Origin: Phyllosticta citribraziliensis | Taxonomy: Eukaryota | Assembly: GCF_038025025.1 (NCBI RefSeq) | Contig: NW_027117353.1 | Span: forward strand, 124,001 to 188,000 | Reading direction: 5' to 3' | Length of the DNA: 64,000 nt | In this document: piece after piece, positions 1 through 11,941 of the stretch | Position numbering within the stretch: position 1 is the first letter of the stretch | Layout of the letters: every line of letters begins with the position of its first letter | Notes under the pieces: model-generated | Told to the model about the DNA's origin: nothing | The model's input: only the letters and a program-made list of their open reading frames with translations | Database searches by the model: none | Made by a program: the position numbers and the translations under genes

Positions 1-535
1 CATAGTTGGCCATGGAACGATGCGCCACCATGACACCCTTTGGCTTTCCTGTCGAGCCAGAGGTGAAGATGATGTACGCCAAGTCATCCGGCGAAGGCGC
101 ATCCTCAACAGAGCCGTCGTGGACCTGATCGAAAACCATGTCTTCGTTCGCAAAGCGGATGATCTCGTATCCAGCCAGCGGCGCGTCCAACTCTTCGGTG
201 CAGACGACAGTCCTGGCACCGACGATACTGAGCGTGGTCTCGATCCGTTCGGGGCCCCAGGAGCTCAGGTCGACGGGTACGTAGCAGGCTCCCAGCTTCA
301 GTATTGCAAGGACTGCCACCACCATTGCGGGCGATCTTGCTGCCAGCAGGGGGATGCGGTCGCCTTTTCGAAGGCCGTGGGCTTTCAGCTTTTGGCAGAA
401 GTTGCTTGATGCGATGTCGATTTCGCGATACGTGTACTGGCGAAGAGACGACGGTCCTTTTGTCCAGTCGTCTAGGGCGGGACGCGAGGCATGCTCTGCG
501 GCGCATTGTGCAAAGAGGTCGACGATCGAGCCCAT
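1..535 (-). CDS. Nonribosomal peptide synthetase, N-terminal adenylation domain (partial; continues beyond window start); GliP/SirP-like dioxopiperazine synthetase type
   Basis: Manual minus-strand translation from ATG at 535 is open to base 1: MGSIVDLFAQCAAEHASRPALDDW...YTYREIDIASSNFCQKLKAHGL...LAILKLGACYVPVDLSSWGPERIETTL...DDLAYIIFTSGSTGKPKGVMVAHRSMANY. It contains A-domain core motifs A1 (TYREI), A2 (LKLGACYVPVD) and A3 (AYIIFTSGSTGKPKG). The ORF track misses it because there is no stop codon inside the window. Confidence 0.93.
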   Translation of the reverse strand, partial: MGSIVDLFAQCAAEHASRPALDDWTKGPSSLRQYTYREIDIASSNFCQKLKAHGLRKGDRIPLLAARSPAMVVAVLAILKLGACYVPVDLSSWGPERIETTLSIVGARTVVCTEELDAPLAGYEIIRFANEDMVFDQVHDGSVEDAPSPDDLAYIIFTSGSTGKPKGVMVAHRSMANY

Positions 536-900
536 TTTCGAGGTACTATTCGTGCGGCTTAAAGGTGTCGAGGAGATGATGAGCTCAAGAGATTTGCCAA
601 ATCAAGAACGATGGATGAATTGTCTTGAAGAGGTTGCGATTCGGGAGGGCTGAGAGAAGAGGAGGATTGGGGTTGGATTATCACTGCGACAATCCCAGGT
701 GCCCAAGAAAACATGGAAGAAAGTAATGGCTTTTGACGCAGATCGAGAGGCCTTGCAACATGGAAATCTTATGTTGTTCTGGGTGTTCGTAAAGTGGAAG
801 TGATTCTTTCCCAAAAGGGCCCGGCCGCATATACTAACCGAAAGTAGTCGCCGACATGTGCGTGGGCTATGTTCGCTTTCTCTCCAACGCGACCGTCTCA

Positions 901-911
901 TCGAGCCGCGA
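901..911. promoter_or_regulatory. Putative AflR-type Zn2Cys6 site TCG-N5-CGA (TCGAGCCGCGA) in the NRPS/P450 divergent promoter
   Basis: Exact TCG-N5-CGA pattern; a similar site lies at 5847-5857 upstream of the AflR-like regulator. Confidence 0.35.
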
Positions 912-1796
912 TTATTCGCCGTGAGTGGCTTGGCTGGGAACTCGACTCAGCTTACTTCCAGAACGCTGCAGGTCCGCAGACCCTGGAGTAGTGGTTCCCG
1001 ATTGTGTGGCTTCGAGAGCCAAATTTTGGAAATTGAAGATTTGGGCACTGTCAATTCGTGAGAGCTCAGCCTTGTGGATCTTGGACTCGTGTTCCAAGGT
1101 CTATTCTCAACGAGGATCCTTCTTACCTCACGATCCGGGCCTGTCGTCGTTGGACCAGTCTTGTCCAACCGGAATGCGCCAGGCAGATGACGAAAGCATT
1201 GCATGTTCAGTTTCTCGTGCGTCTCTGCATCGAATTACATCTCGAGGTCATGACTTTGCATCAAGGCGGAAGAGTAACCTTGTTGCAATGCTTGACCAAG
1301 CTTCTAGACGTTCAGTGCTCATTCGCTCCCCGTACTGCTGCCGAAATACCAACTCCTCTTTGGAGCTTCTATGTTGCGCGGTAGTGTGGACTCAGCATCC
1401 GATGGAGAACTCTTGCAGTGGTCCGAAAACCCAGAGGGAGCATCCTGCTGACCGCACAAGTGTCTACGGCGAATTTGGAGGCAGGATGCCTCGAATGATG
1501 TTGGATTCGTCTCTGCCATTTGTGTCTCCGAGTCGCATCACTCGCCTTCCACGGAGCGTCCGCGGCAATCCGTGGATTTGCTGCTTATTCTCTCCCATAC
1601 TCAGGTGAATTAGTGTAGTCAGTCATACGTGCCGACAAAGGCCTTTCCATCAGGAGACAGGAACTGCCCAATGAACTCGTCGGAATTGGGGATATTCAAA
1701 AGGACCAAGAATCGCGACTTACACAATACACTTCTCTGCAACAGATCACTTCCACTTGTCTAGATTAGCTCAGGGACTCCCCCTCTTCGATCCAAC

Positions 1797-3724
1797 ATGG
1801 ACTTCCAAGACGCCTTTCTCGCTCAGTCTTCTAAGCATCTCTCTCATGATCTTTTCTTTCTCTTGGGAAGATACTCGAAGCGGCCCTCGATCCCTGCTGC
1901 TGCCATCTTTTCCAGGCTGGGCAGGGTTGCTAATTTGACTCTCTTTGTTCTCTTCACTGTGGCGATTGGAATTGTAAGTCTTGTTCATCTCTTTGAGAAG
2001 AATGTCACTTACAAATTTAAAGGTCGTTGTGGACATTGTATACAAGCTTTACTTCCATCCCCTGGCCAAGTACCCTGGACCATTCCTCGCAAAAATCACA
2101 AACCTCTACTCGGCATATCACTCCTGGAAAGGCGATATCCCTATCGACCAGTGGAGGTGTCACCAGAAGTACGGTGACAAGGTCCGCTATGCACCAAACA
2201 AAGTCATGTTCAACTCCGCTGGTAGCCTCAAAGGTTTGTCTGCCTGCAGCACTCCGTGTCCTGGAACATGGCAGCTAACAGGATTTTCCGAAACAGACAT
2301 CTACGGACATGGAAAGAATGTCATCAAGGGAGAGAGCTATATGGTTGCCGTCCACTTTGTTCCAAACACAGTCACAGCCCGTGACCGCAAGGAGCACGCT
2401 CGCAAGCGTCGTGTTGTGAGCCAAGGCTTTTCCGACGCCGCTCTCAAGTCCTACGAGCCTGCAATCATGAGGCACGTGCAGAATTTTCTGGATGTCTTGC
2501 CCCTGGGATTGAGTCCAAGCTCATTGTCTGCCCCGATTGACCAGGATGGATGGTCCAAGCCTCAGAACATGGCACGGTGGTGTGAGTATTTTCCAAATGA
2601 TTCTAGACTCAAACAGAAAGCTGATAGTGCTCTCAAAGGCGATTTCCTCACTTTCGATATCATGGCCGAAGTGATCTTTGGCATGGAGTACAAGCTGATG
2701 GAGAAGCCGGAGCACCGCTATGTCCTCGAAGCCATCGCAGACTCCAACGTTCGAATTGGATCCGTTGGACACGCTCCTGAGCTGCTTTGGAGGCGCCTCG
2801 ACAGGGAGCTCTTCCCAAAGGCGATCCTCGGACGCAACCGTTTCCTCGGATTTACCAAGCAGATGTTGCAGGATATTGCGGCCAAGGATCAGCTGGGGAC
2901 CCGGAGCCACAACAACATCTTTTCCGCCTTGATGAAAGCGACGGATCCGGAGACTGGTTCTGGATTCGGCCTTCCCGAGGTAGCATCCGAGAGCACCACT
3001 TTGATTGTTGCCGGTAAGTGACGCCGAATGCTGACTGGGATGGTTCAAGACAAGCATGCTGATACCCTGGGCAGGTGCCGACACGACCTCGACAATCATG
3101 GCCGGTGCCTTCTTCTACCTCTCACATAACCCGGCCGCTTACTCTCGCGTCGTCGAAGAGGTTCGCTCCACCTTTGCTTCGGCTGCATCGGTCCGCACGG
3201 GGCCACAGCTGAGCAGCTGCGTCTACCTCCGCGCTTGCATTGACGAAGCCGCACGCCTTTCCCCTGCCGTCGGCACTGCCCCCTGGCGCACCGTTCTAGA
3301 CGGCGGCATTGCTGTCGACAACGAATACATTCCCGGCGGCTGCGAAGTCGGCGTATCCACCTACTCAATCCAGCACAACGAGCACCACATCAGCGGCGAC
3401 CCCTTCGAGTTCAGACCAGAGCGTTGGATCGCAAACGAGGCGGAAGGCGGAAGACGAGAAGTCGAAAACATCCACAGCGTACACACGCCGTTTTCAATTG
3501 GACCGAGAGGATGCATCGGCAAGGGTTTGGCCATGAATGAGCTGATGCTCACTTTCGCGGCAGTGTTGGTCGAGTTTGACTTCAAGTTGGCGGACGGCGA
3601 GAGGCTGGGAGAGGGAAGCCCTGGGGCCGAGTGGGGTCGGCACCGTGTCGGCGAGTATCAACTTTACGACCACGTGGTGAACGCGAAGGACGGCCCGCTG
3701 CTGAGCTTCCGCCGGAGAGGTTAG
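1797..3724 (+). CDS. Cytochrome P450 monooxygenase, 5 exons (introns ~1974-2022, 2234-2296, 2582-2638, ~3013-3074)
   Basis: N-terminal TM anchor followed by HPLAKYPGP; I-helix AGADTT; K-helix EAAR; PERW; heme motif PFSIGPRGCIG; canonical GT..AG introns join the track ORFs 1797, 1981 and 3056. Confidence 0.95.
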
Positions 3725-4315
3725 AGGAAGAAAATGGAGCAGTTCAGACAGTTCACTTGACAGCATTTTTCCAAATACCAAGTGCTTCAAAATTTCGAGC
3801 ACTACTTTTGTTCCATTTCTCGTTGTCAGGTACGATGGCGTTGGAATTGCGGAATAGCTCAATCGTGTTTAAGCGCCGTGTGTGGTCACTGCACGATGAC
3901 GTACGAAGAAGATTCTGCCTCGTGTCAAATGCTAGTCGCAATGTCGAAGAGACACATATGCCATACATAGAAACTCATTAGTCAAGACTGGTGCAACCAC
4001 TCGTGGGAACACAATGAAGAAACAGGGAGGGACTGGTCAACGCTTACGAAAAGAGGAAGGAAGGACTACGGTCACCGAAGTGGACTCGAAGGAAGACATG
4101 CTTGCACAAGTCATACCATACGGGCGCTCAAGCCACGCTGGTTCTAGGAGTTGACTGATGAAGGTGGTAGAATACCATGTATTTGATTCTGCGTCTCTTC
4201 CCTTGGCCCCCCAAGTTTTCGTTTGCACATTCCCTGTACTGCCCGCCGTTGTATCTGTCTAATCCTTGTACTCCGGAGCTCCCAATGATTTTCGTGTCGC
4301 CCAAGTCTGCATTGT

Positions 4316-5598
4316 TCATGCCGACTCAGGTAGTTTCCCAAATATGGTGTCCAGTTGCATGACTGCTAGCCGCAAGTTCATGGCATCGAGTTCCCCACCG
4401 ACGCCCGCCGCATCTTCGAGGTCGTTCAGCCGCGCCACGCAATTCCGCACCATATTAAACGTTTCCCGAGCCTTTTGCAATGCCAGTGATACCAGTGACT
4501 TCCTGATGACGTCGAGCGGCTCTTGAGATGAGATTTCGTGTTCGCCGAGAGTGATGCGTAGAGACAGCAGAGAGTCGTCCTGCTGTCGTTCTGAAAATCG
4601 AAGCAACCAGCGAAACACAAGGCTCAGCGACATGATCATCAGAATGAGTGTTTGGTGATCCGACTGGCAACGTGAGCAACGCAAGAGAGCCATCGAGGTA
4701 TTGAGTGCGTCTAGGCTTGTCGCTAGGATTGTATCGCTGCGAATGCTACCGTACTGTCGCTCCGTATCTTTGAGTCGGACGAGACCTTCAGCTTGGATGC
4801 GAAGGCATTCGCAGTGCTGCTTCGATGGTACCGGCTGAGTAGTGAAATTTGCTGGAAGGGTTGAGTCTTCAAAGGCTGCCGTCGATTGATCCGGGATTGT
4901 GCATTCGAGTTCAGGGTTTCCGTAGACCGAGAGAGGTGGACTGAAAAGCGCGTCCAGATTCACGGGATTCGGAAGACACGGATCAATCATTAGATTCTCG
5001 GTGGGCAGACTGGAGAACTGTTGGCGCTGTCAGCCTCGCTCGTCTTCAAATTGAACACAAGCAACTGCGATCGGGAGATAGGACTCACATTCCACTGGTT
5101 TTGTACGTCAAAGTCAAATCCAAAGTCTTCGAGAGAATCGGAATTTGAGCTACTTGAACCGCCAACTCGGGACATGGGCGTCAAGTGGCCATATAGACTA
5201 AAGTAGTCGCCTTCGGTCGTGTCGATACCTGAATACCCCCGGCTGAAGTCTGGTTCAGGGGTTGATTCCACTGGTTTGGAGACGCTGGAATCACTTCGAT
5301 GGCGTGGGGAGGGGAGGCAAGGCGGCGTTGTTTGTCCACCGGAAGCAGCCTCGCTCATTTGTCGCAGGCGTTCCAGGGTCTTTTTATTCCTGCTTCCTTT
5401 TGGTTTGCCGAGTTTCGCCGCAAACGAGTACACGCATTCGACGCCAGAGTCGAAACATCTGCTGCATGGCTTTGTTCCAGAGCAGCGGACTTTCATTTGA
5501 TGGCAGAGGTTGCAAGCTGCGCGAAGCTTCTTGGTTGTTCGGCTCGCAGGGCTTGTCGAGCGCGACGGGGAGACTGACGGAGTAGCTTCTGAAGCCAT
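4316..5598 (-). CDS. Zn(II)2Cys6 pathway-specific transcription factor, AflR/GliZ type (intron ~5018-5088)
   Basis: KLRAACNLCHQMKVRCSGTKPCSRCFDSGVECVYS binuclear cluster; C-terminal CEC...LLRCSRC segment typical of AflR-like cluster regulators; a phase-0 intron (gtgagt..caacag) joins ORFs 4990-5676 and 4316-4990. Confidence 0.9.
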
Positions 5599-5846
5599 GG
5601 TAGGTCGTTTGATCTGCAGGACTTGGCGCAAGGTTTGAAAGGGATAAGGATTGTCAAGAAGAGCCAAGATGCACACGACAGAATGCCAATTTGATGCTTG
5701 ACTGCAGAGCTTGGGACTGTTTTATTCAACACCAAGCTTTGGGGCGGCATAGCCACTGCCTTGCGGGGCGGACCGCGTAGCTTGAGCAAAAGGCATATCC
5801 ACGGATCTTGCTGACGGACTCCATGGAGATGGCGGTGGCCTCTGAT

Positions 5847-5857
5847 TCGGCACGCGA
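5847..5857. promoter_or_regulatory. Putative AflR-type site TCG-N5-CGA (TCGGCACGCGA), ~250 bp upstream of the regulator's ATG
   Basis: Exact pattern match; shares TCGCGnnYCGA (reverse strand) with the 901-911 site. Confidence 0.35.
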
Positions 5858-6725
5858 GGGTGGAGGATTCGGATTCCACGATATGTTTAGGTCGTTGCTG
5901 TATGTACCGCCGTGGCGTCCAGGGCGGTGTCAGGCGTTTGCTTGACAGGACTCTCTGTACCCAGCCTGTGCCTTAGCGAAAATCCCTCGGCCCTCCATGA
6001 TCTGAGTTGCTGACATGGATCTAGTCTAGCGAAACCAGAAGCTCGCTAATGTCTCGAGCATAAAGCGTGAAGTGAGGTTGGTGCTGACTGGCTCGGACTT
6101 CTGCCTTTTTCCCCAGGCGGACTGCCGTGAAGCCAAGGCGTTTGTGGCCGCTGTAATAGGTAAAATGCTGTTGGCTGACAGCGGGAGTGGCTGGGGACCC
6201 CTCTTTCTTTCTTTTGGTATTGGTTGGCTTGCGCCCCGTTCGAGCATACAACGGGGCATTGGATGATCTCACTGCATACCTCAACCATGCGACCGGGCTC
6301 GAACAGCACGACAGCTCCAGGTACCTGGATGGTCGGCTTTGAGGTCTAGGCAGGCACCCGTTTACGGGTTGATCCGCCCCCACCCAGCCAACGCGGCCCC
6401 CAAGCGTGTGAGACCACGTCCGGGCTTCCAGCAGGACTGGAGCTACCTCCGGGAAATGCAACGGTACCATTGGCTCCTAGATGACTTAATTCAACGCGTC
6501 GCGCGACCGCTCAGAGTTACCAGCAGAGATGAGCTGTCGTGTTGAGCCATCATTTTCTAACTGGCATCTCTGATCATTACAAACAGCAAATGTTTCTGCC
6601 AGGGTGGGGCAGTTGAATGCTCCATAGATGCGAGCTATTTCGGCATCTGCATGTATGCATGCAAAATTGATGGCGCGTAAAATGTCGGTTTGCGGTGTAC
6701 CTTGCGCCCCCAGTGACGCATGAGG

Positions 6726-9211
6726 TCAGCCAGGCCCTAGAGAGAAGTCCATGTCGTTCAGAAGCGAGTTCCAGTTGGGCGTGTCCAGCCCTGGTGCAAC
6801 ATCGAAGAAGTCTGACCAGAGCTGGTCCCAGTGCTCTCCCGGGTCGACAATGCCGTCTTGGGGGCCCTCGCTCCACGTGTGCGGCACATCATCCGCGCCT
6901 TTGCCAGCCCTTGAATCGCCGGGATCCCCGAGCCCTTCGCAGTCCTTTCCAAAGGAAGAATATGGCATGTTTGAGCCACCGCCAAAGGACTCTGCGTTCT
7001 GCCCGGTTTGATACGCGTCGGGTGGGCTTTTGTGCTTTTGTAGCATACCTCGCAGTGTGTCTATACCTTTTTGAAGTCCTCGGCTGGCAATTGTTGATTC
7101 CTGCGTGTCTCTCTCTAGAACTTTGCAAGCAGCCATCACCTCGGCTTTTCGCGCTTCCACGTTGGGCTCGTTGGGGTCGAAGCAGGCGTTGGTCGCAAGA
7201 ATAACGGCAGCCATGAAGACGTGATGCATGACATGGACAAACCGAGTGCCATCCAACTCGCGGGGCTCCAGGTCATCCATGGATCTGCGCAGCTCCAGAA
7301 CGGCGTGCGCAGCCCTGATGCAAGTCATCCGGCTGAAGGCATATTTGGGGTTGGATGATCCTTCGAGAAGGAAGGGGCGGTGGAGTCGGCAAATTCTCGT
7401 CTGAGCGCTGAAGTGGACCATGGTCCTTTGCCACGCGATGTAAGGTCTTTCTCGGCAGATATTTCTGCTCCGTTCGATATTTGCCGGATCCAACTGGAAG
7501 AAAAACGGAAGTGCTTTGAGGTAGTCTTGAAATTTTGCGTTCAGATTGAGCACCATGTCGTAATCGAGCTCTCGCGGCTCGAGCAATGTCGATGGTAAGG
7601 AGTCAACTACTTCCCGGCATAGCTCAGCAAGCTTGATTCGCTGGATGAAGGAAGACATCGACGTCGGTACGGTGAGCGGGAGGTTGCAATGCGCTTCGCT
7701 GGTCGTGATGAGCTCATCGTCGGCGTTGACGGGATAGGAAACCCTCATTTGCTTCGGGTTGATTGCATAGGTTCCTTCCTGGGGCCCTCCAAGAAAAGAA
7801 AGGAGCCAGTCAGATGACACAATGTGCCACCATATGCGTCTTTTGACCTCAACTTCGATCATGTTTGAGCCGTTTACCTTGCGTTCGTGCTGGCTTTGAG
7901 GAGTATCGAGATGGTGGATACGCAAACTCTGGGCCATCAGGCAACCCATGCTCCGCAGCAGATGGAACGTTGTTGAGAAGCCGTCCGAGTTGTTGAATAA
8001 GTGGGTCAAGATACTAATGGCCTGAAGGGCCATCATCGAGGGCTTGACTGTTTGCCCATCTTGATCAACCAACGACACAGCAATCTTGCTGAAGACATTG
8101 AAGGCATTCCTGGCCGTCGCGAGGCTCACTTGGAGCTTGTCGCTCAGGTTCTTCGTCCAAAAGTAGGCACTACTGGCAAAGATGCTGAAAAGGAGTAAGA
8201 GCGTCGTACGGGGAGGCTCCGTCCCCTCAATCAGTCCCTGATAAGTTTCCTCGACGATAGTCCGGGTAGAGGGAACGTGGAGCAGTCGGTACTTGCAATC
8301 TACGACCAATGCAAAGTGATCTAAGAGCTCAAGTGCGTGCTTCCGGGCTGGCAACTGGTCACAAAGCCGCCCGGACGTTGGTTTTTGATTCCTTCCAGCG
8401 AGGCTGGACAAGAGATTCAAAGGACTGTCATTCCTTTCGGCTGTCTGTAATTATCACATTGAATCAGTACGAAACACTTGAGAAATGAAGGATCTGGAGA
8501 GAGGAGCGCAAACAAGAAGCATCCAAGCCCCCAGCCGGGAGATTAAAGAACATTCGAGTCCCCGGCGGTCATAAGTATGGTGAGCATGATATTCCAAGAG
8601 GCCAGAAGTAGCCAGAAGGATTGGGAGTATTCAACCTTAACAAAATGATGACCACGGACAGAAATTGAGTGTTGTGTACCCCGACGTTTTGAACCAGGCC
8701 TCGGCCAGAAAATAAATCAACTTACTGCATGTGTGGTGAGGGACAGGACAGAATTTGGTGTTGTGGCGATGCCCTCCAGCCACCTCGAGGTGTCGTCATT
8801 CCCCGTCGGCTCGGCGTTTGGCGTTTCTTCCTGTGTAACAGAAATGGCCCCGTGGCGGACGAGAGCCATCGACGAAGACAGGAGACCGGAAGCATTATTA
8901 TCAGGTGAGGACAGGAGACCAGGTGCATTCGTCTGCGGATCGCCTTTTTTGAACACGGCTCGTTCGAGATTTTGAAGTCTTTGGAGGATTTCTTCAACCG
9001 GCGGCATGGCAGAGCCAGGCATGGTACTTGAGCTGGAGGGAGCAGGTCCTTGTCCAGCGTACACGCATTGCGCGCCTCTCGTTGAGCAGTTGCTGCATGG
9101 TTGGCTTCTGTCGCACCGCAGCTTTTTGGTCCGGCAGAGCTGACAGGACACCGAAGGCTGGGTCCATCGTTGCCCGGTAATGACGGGTTGGCCTTGCGCG
9201 TTCCTCTTCAT
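6726..9211 (-). CDS. Zn(II)2Cys6 transcription factor with fungal-specific middle homology (Fungal_trans) domain (281-nt intron 8445-8725)
   Basis: SCQLCRTKKLRCDRSQPCSNCSTRGAQCVY; MHR signatures AQSLRIHHLD, EVKRRIWWHIVSSDW and RLHRPF; a phase-0 gtaagt..ttacag intron keeps the frame. Confidence 0.92.
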
Positions 9212-9687
9212 GGCGATGTGTCTGGTTGCAGACGTAAGAACCGGACAGGTCCGCGGAAAGTGAGTGCAGATGTTGTGGTCGCTTTGGCCCCCAGGGTGTC
9301 CCCCGGAAACGCCAAAAGTCGTGGCACACGCCACGAAACCAAAGGAAGAGAATAGGAAGCACTCAGAAGCTGGAAAAGGATATTTGAAGACAGAGAATTG
9401 AAGCAATTCTGATCCAGAGTATCCAGGAGCTTTCAGACATCCAAAAAGAATCTGGACGGGGAGCATTTACCTGCATAGATGCCGAAGGGTGCACCTCTAC
9501 TGTGCCACGACTTTCCGGCCGAGGGACGCTCACAGCCACTAAGCTCAATGTGGCAAGTGGCCCGCGGGGCCCGCGGAGCATCGATGGGATCTTGAATGTC
9601 AAGTTGCTTTATACATACCAGCGGCGCTCTTGAGAAAGCTGAGCAAACAAGCCTTTCCATTTCCCAATCCAAGGATCTTGATTCATC

Positions 9688-11210
9688 ATGCTTGACCAAA
9701 ACAACGGGTTAGAGCCACCAAACGGAGGCCTTCGTGCCTGGAGTGTCGTTCTTGGGTCCTTTCTTTTGCAAATGTCCTCTTTTGGATACATCAATGCGTG
9801 AGTATCGATTCTGACCAAGAGAGACACCTTGCTAATGAATCTCAGTTGCGGAATTTTCCAGTTCTACTACCAAGAAATCTTGCTCCCGAACAAGTCCTCG
9901 CAGCAACTTGCCTGGATAACGACTCTCCAAGTCTTTCTCTTGTTTGCGCTTGGTCCTCCCGTAGGACATCTCGTCGACAAGTATGGCTCCAGGCCTGTGA
10001 TTGCGCCTTTTGCAGCTCTTGGAATCCTGGCCCTGGGATTGCTCAGCCTCTGCAAGGAGTATTATCAGATCATGCTCTGTCAGGGATTCCTCTTCGGCCT
10101 GGCCTGTTCCGGTACGACGCTACCAGCAGTCGTCAGTGTCTCTCAGTGGTTCTCAACCAAGAGGGGTCTCGCAGTCGGTATCGCTAGCAGCGGCAGTAGT
10201 TTTGGTGGCGTCTTTTTCCCGATCATGGTTTCCAAACTGGTCCAAAACCGTGGTTTCCCGGCCGCGGTACGATGGTCAGCCTTGATTGTTGGCGTCAGTC
10301 TCTTCATTGGCGTCCTGTGTTGTGCCAGCCCTTTTCCATCCAAGAGATCTCAAGTCAAGGTGCAACAGCGCGACAGCATCGATGTCGAGAGCAGGCACTC
10401 CAGTGGAGACAGCATCAAGAGCAAGCGCTCCGACGCCGAAAGTTTCTCAACCGCACCACCGAGGACGTCGAACGAAGCTACTATGCACCAGCTCCAGACG
10501 GAAGACACTCCTGAGAACCAAAGCCCAGCAAAAGTCAGTGGTCTCAGCGGCCTGCGCCACAACGCTTTTGCATGGACAGCATTCGTCATCGGCGGCTTCT
10601 TCTGCATGTGGTCCCTCCTGGCTCCATTCAACTACCTCCCGGAAATGGCTGTGCAAAATGGGATGACGGTAGATCTCGCTCAGTACACTGTCTCCATTGC
10701 CAACGCAGGATCAATGGTTGGTCGGATAGTCCCGGGGAAGCTCGCGGATCACATCGGTCAATTCAACGTCATGTGCATGGTGACAGCTGGATCTGCCATC
10801 ACATTGCTGGCGTTTTGGTTGCCGTTGAGCTTCCACCCTTCGAATGCCGGGATCATCGTCTTCGCAGTCGTGTACGGCTTTGTCTCTGGCGGTTTCGTCA
10901 GCTTGTGCTCGCCTTGTGTCATTGCGCTGGTGGACGGCCGGCTCGAGGATCTGGGAGTCAAGTTTGGATTGGGCTGCATTTGTTTGGCGCTCGGGTAAGT
11001 CTGCCGACTGAAATACGTGTGGTTCCTTTGCTAACCTTTTGCGACAGTGCATTGGTCGGACTTCCAGTCCTTGGAGCTGTGCGGGACAACCTTAATGGGA
11101 GCTTCCACGGGCTCATCGGCGTAGCGGGAGCAGTCATGGGGCTAGGTGCCATTTGCATGTGCATGACAAGAGTCAAGAAGGGTGGCTGGAAGTTGACGGC
11201 GAAAGTGTAG
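9688..11210 (+). CDS. MFS transporter, monocarboxylate porter (MCH-like) family (introns 9798-9845, 10995-11047)
   Basis: PPNGGLRAWSVVLGSF start motif; GHLVDKYGSR (motif A); QWFSTKRGLAVGIASSGSSFGG; GRIVPGKLADHIGQFN; many hydrophobic TM segments. Confidence 0.93.
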
Positions 11211-11941
11211 GAGCAAAGCCGACCAAACTGGGGCCGTTCGAACCGCAGCGGACGGACTGGAATAGCTCGGTTGCACATAAGCGTTGTACGCTATATGTTT
11301 TCGGGTCCACGGGGCGGTGCATCTTTCAGATTTTCTTTTCCCCTTGCCTTTTCTTTCAACGAGAAGCCTTCATTAGATACCCTTGCATAGTACGACAATA
11401 GTCCTGTTGGAGGCTGTAGAACCGAAGTAATTTGCTCGAATTCAAAAATTGCAGATGACAAAAAGGGGGAATTGCTGGTTTGTTGAAGTTGGTACCGTGA
11501 TGAACAGAAAGCCAGAAAGTCGGAAGTCAGAAGCCGCTCGCTTGCGCTAGTCATTTGAGATGACGTCAAGTGACTTGGCTTTCAAAAAAATAGTATGTAG
11601 GCAAACAACACCAAAGATCCAATGGCTTTTCCCCTCGGTGTTATTTGTTGGATTCAAAACATGCAGTCCGTCCTGTGACTTGTAGTCAAGACTACGTGCA
11701 GCCCGATGTGATGGATCTGAACACATTGAACAGTAGCCAAGGTGGGTTCCTCAAATATCACTCCACGAACCAGTCCATCGAATCAATAACTCAAAATTGG
11801 CTTCCAAAAAGACTGTCTGACTCCTAGCGGATGCATGAGAAGAAAAGTAATGAGATACAAATTTTCCATTGCATGCCAAACAGCCTCGACTTCAGTTTTC
11901 TTCCATCCCAGACTTCCGTAGGCAAGCTTTGGGTATCCCCT

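Noticed and set aside
925..1608. 227-aa ORF between the NRPS and the P450
   Set aside because: GTG start, no motifs or clear codon bias; sits in the divergent promoter
3849..3918. tRNA-like segment (GCGGAATAGCTCA... with complementary ATTCTGC 70 nt later)
   Set aside because: No D-loop GG, no pairing T-stem and no TTCRA loop; it lies in the P450 3' region and is probably chance
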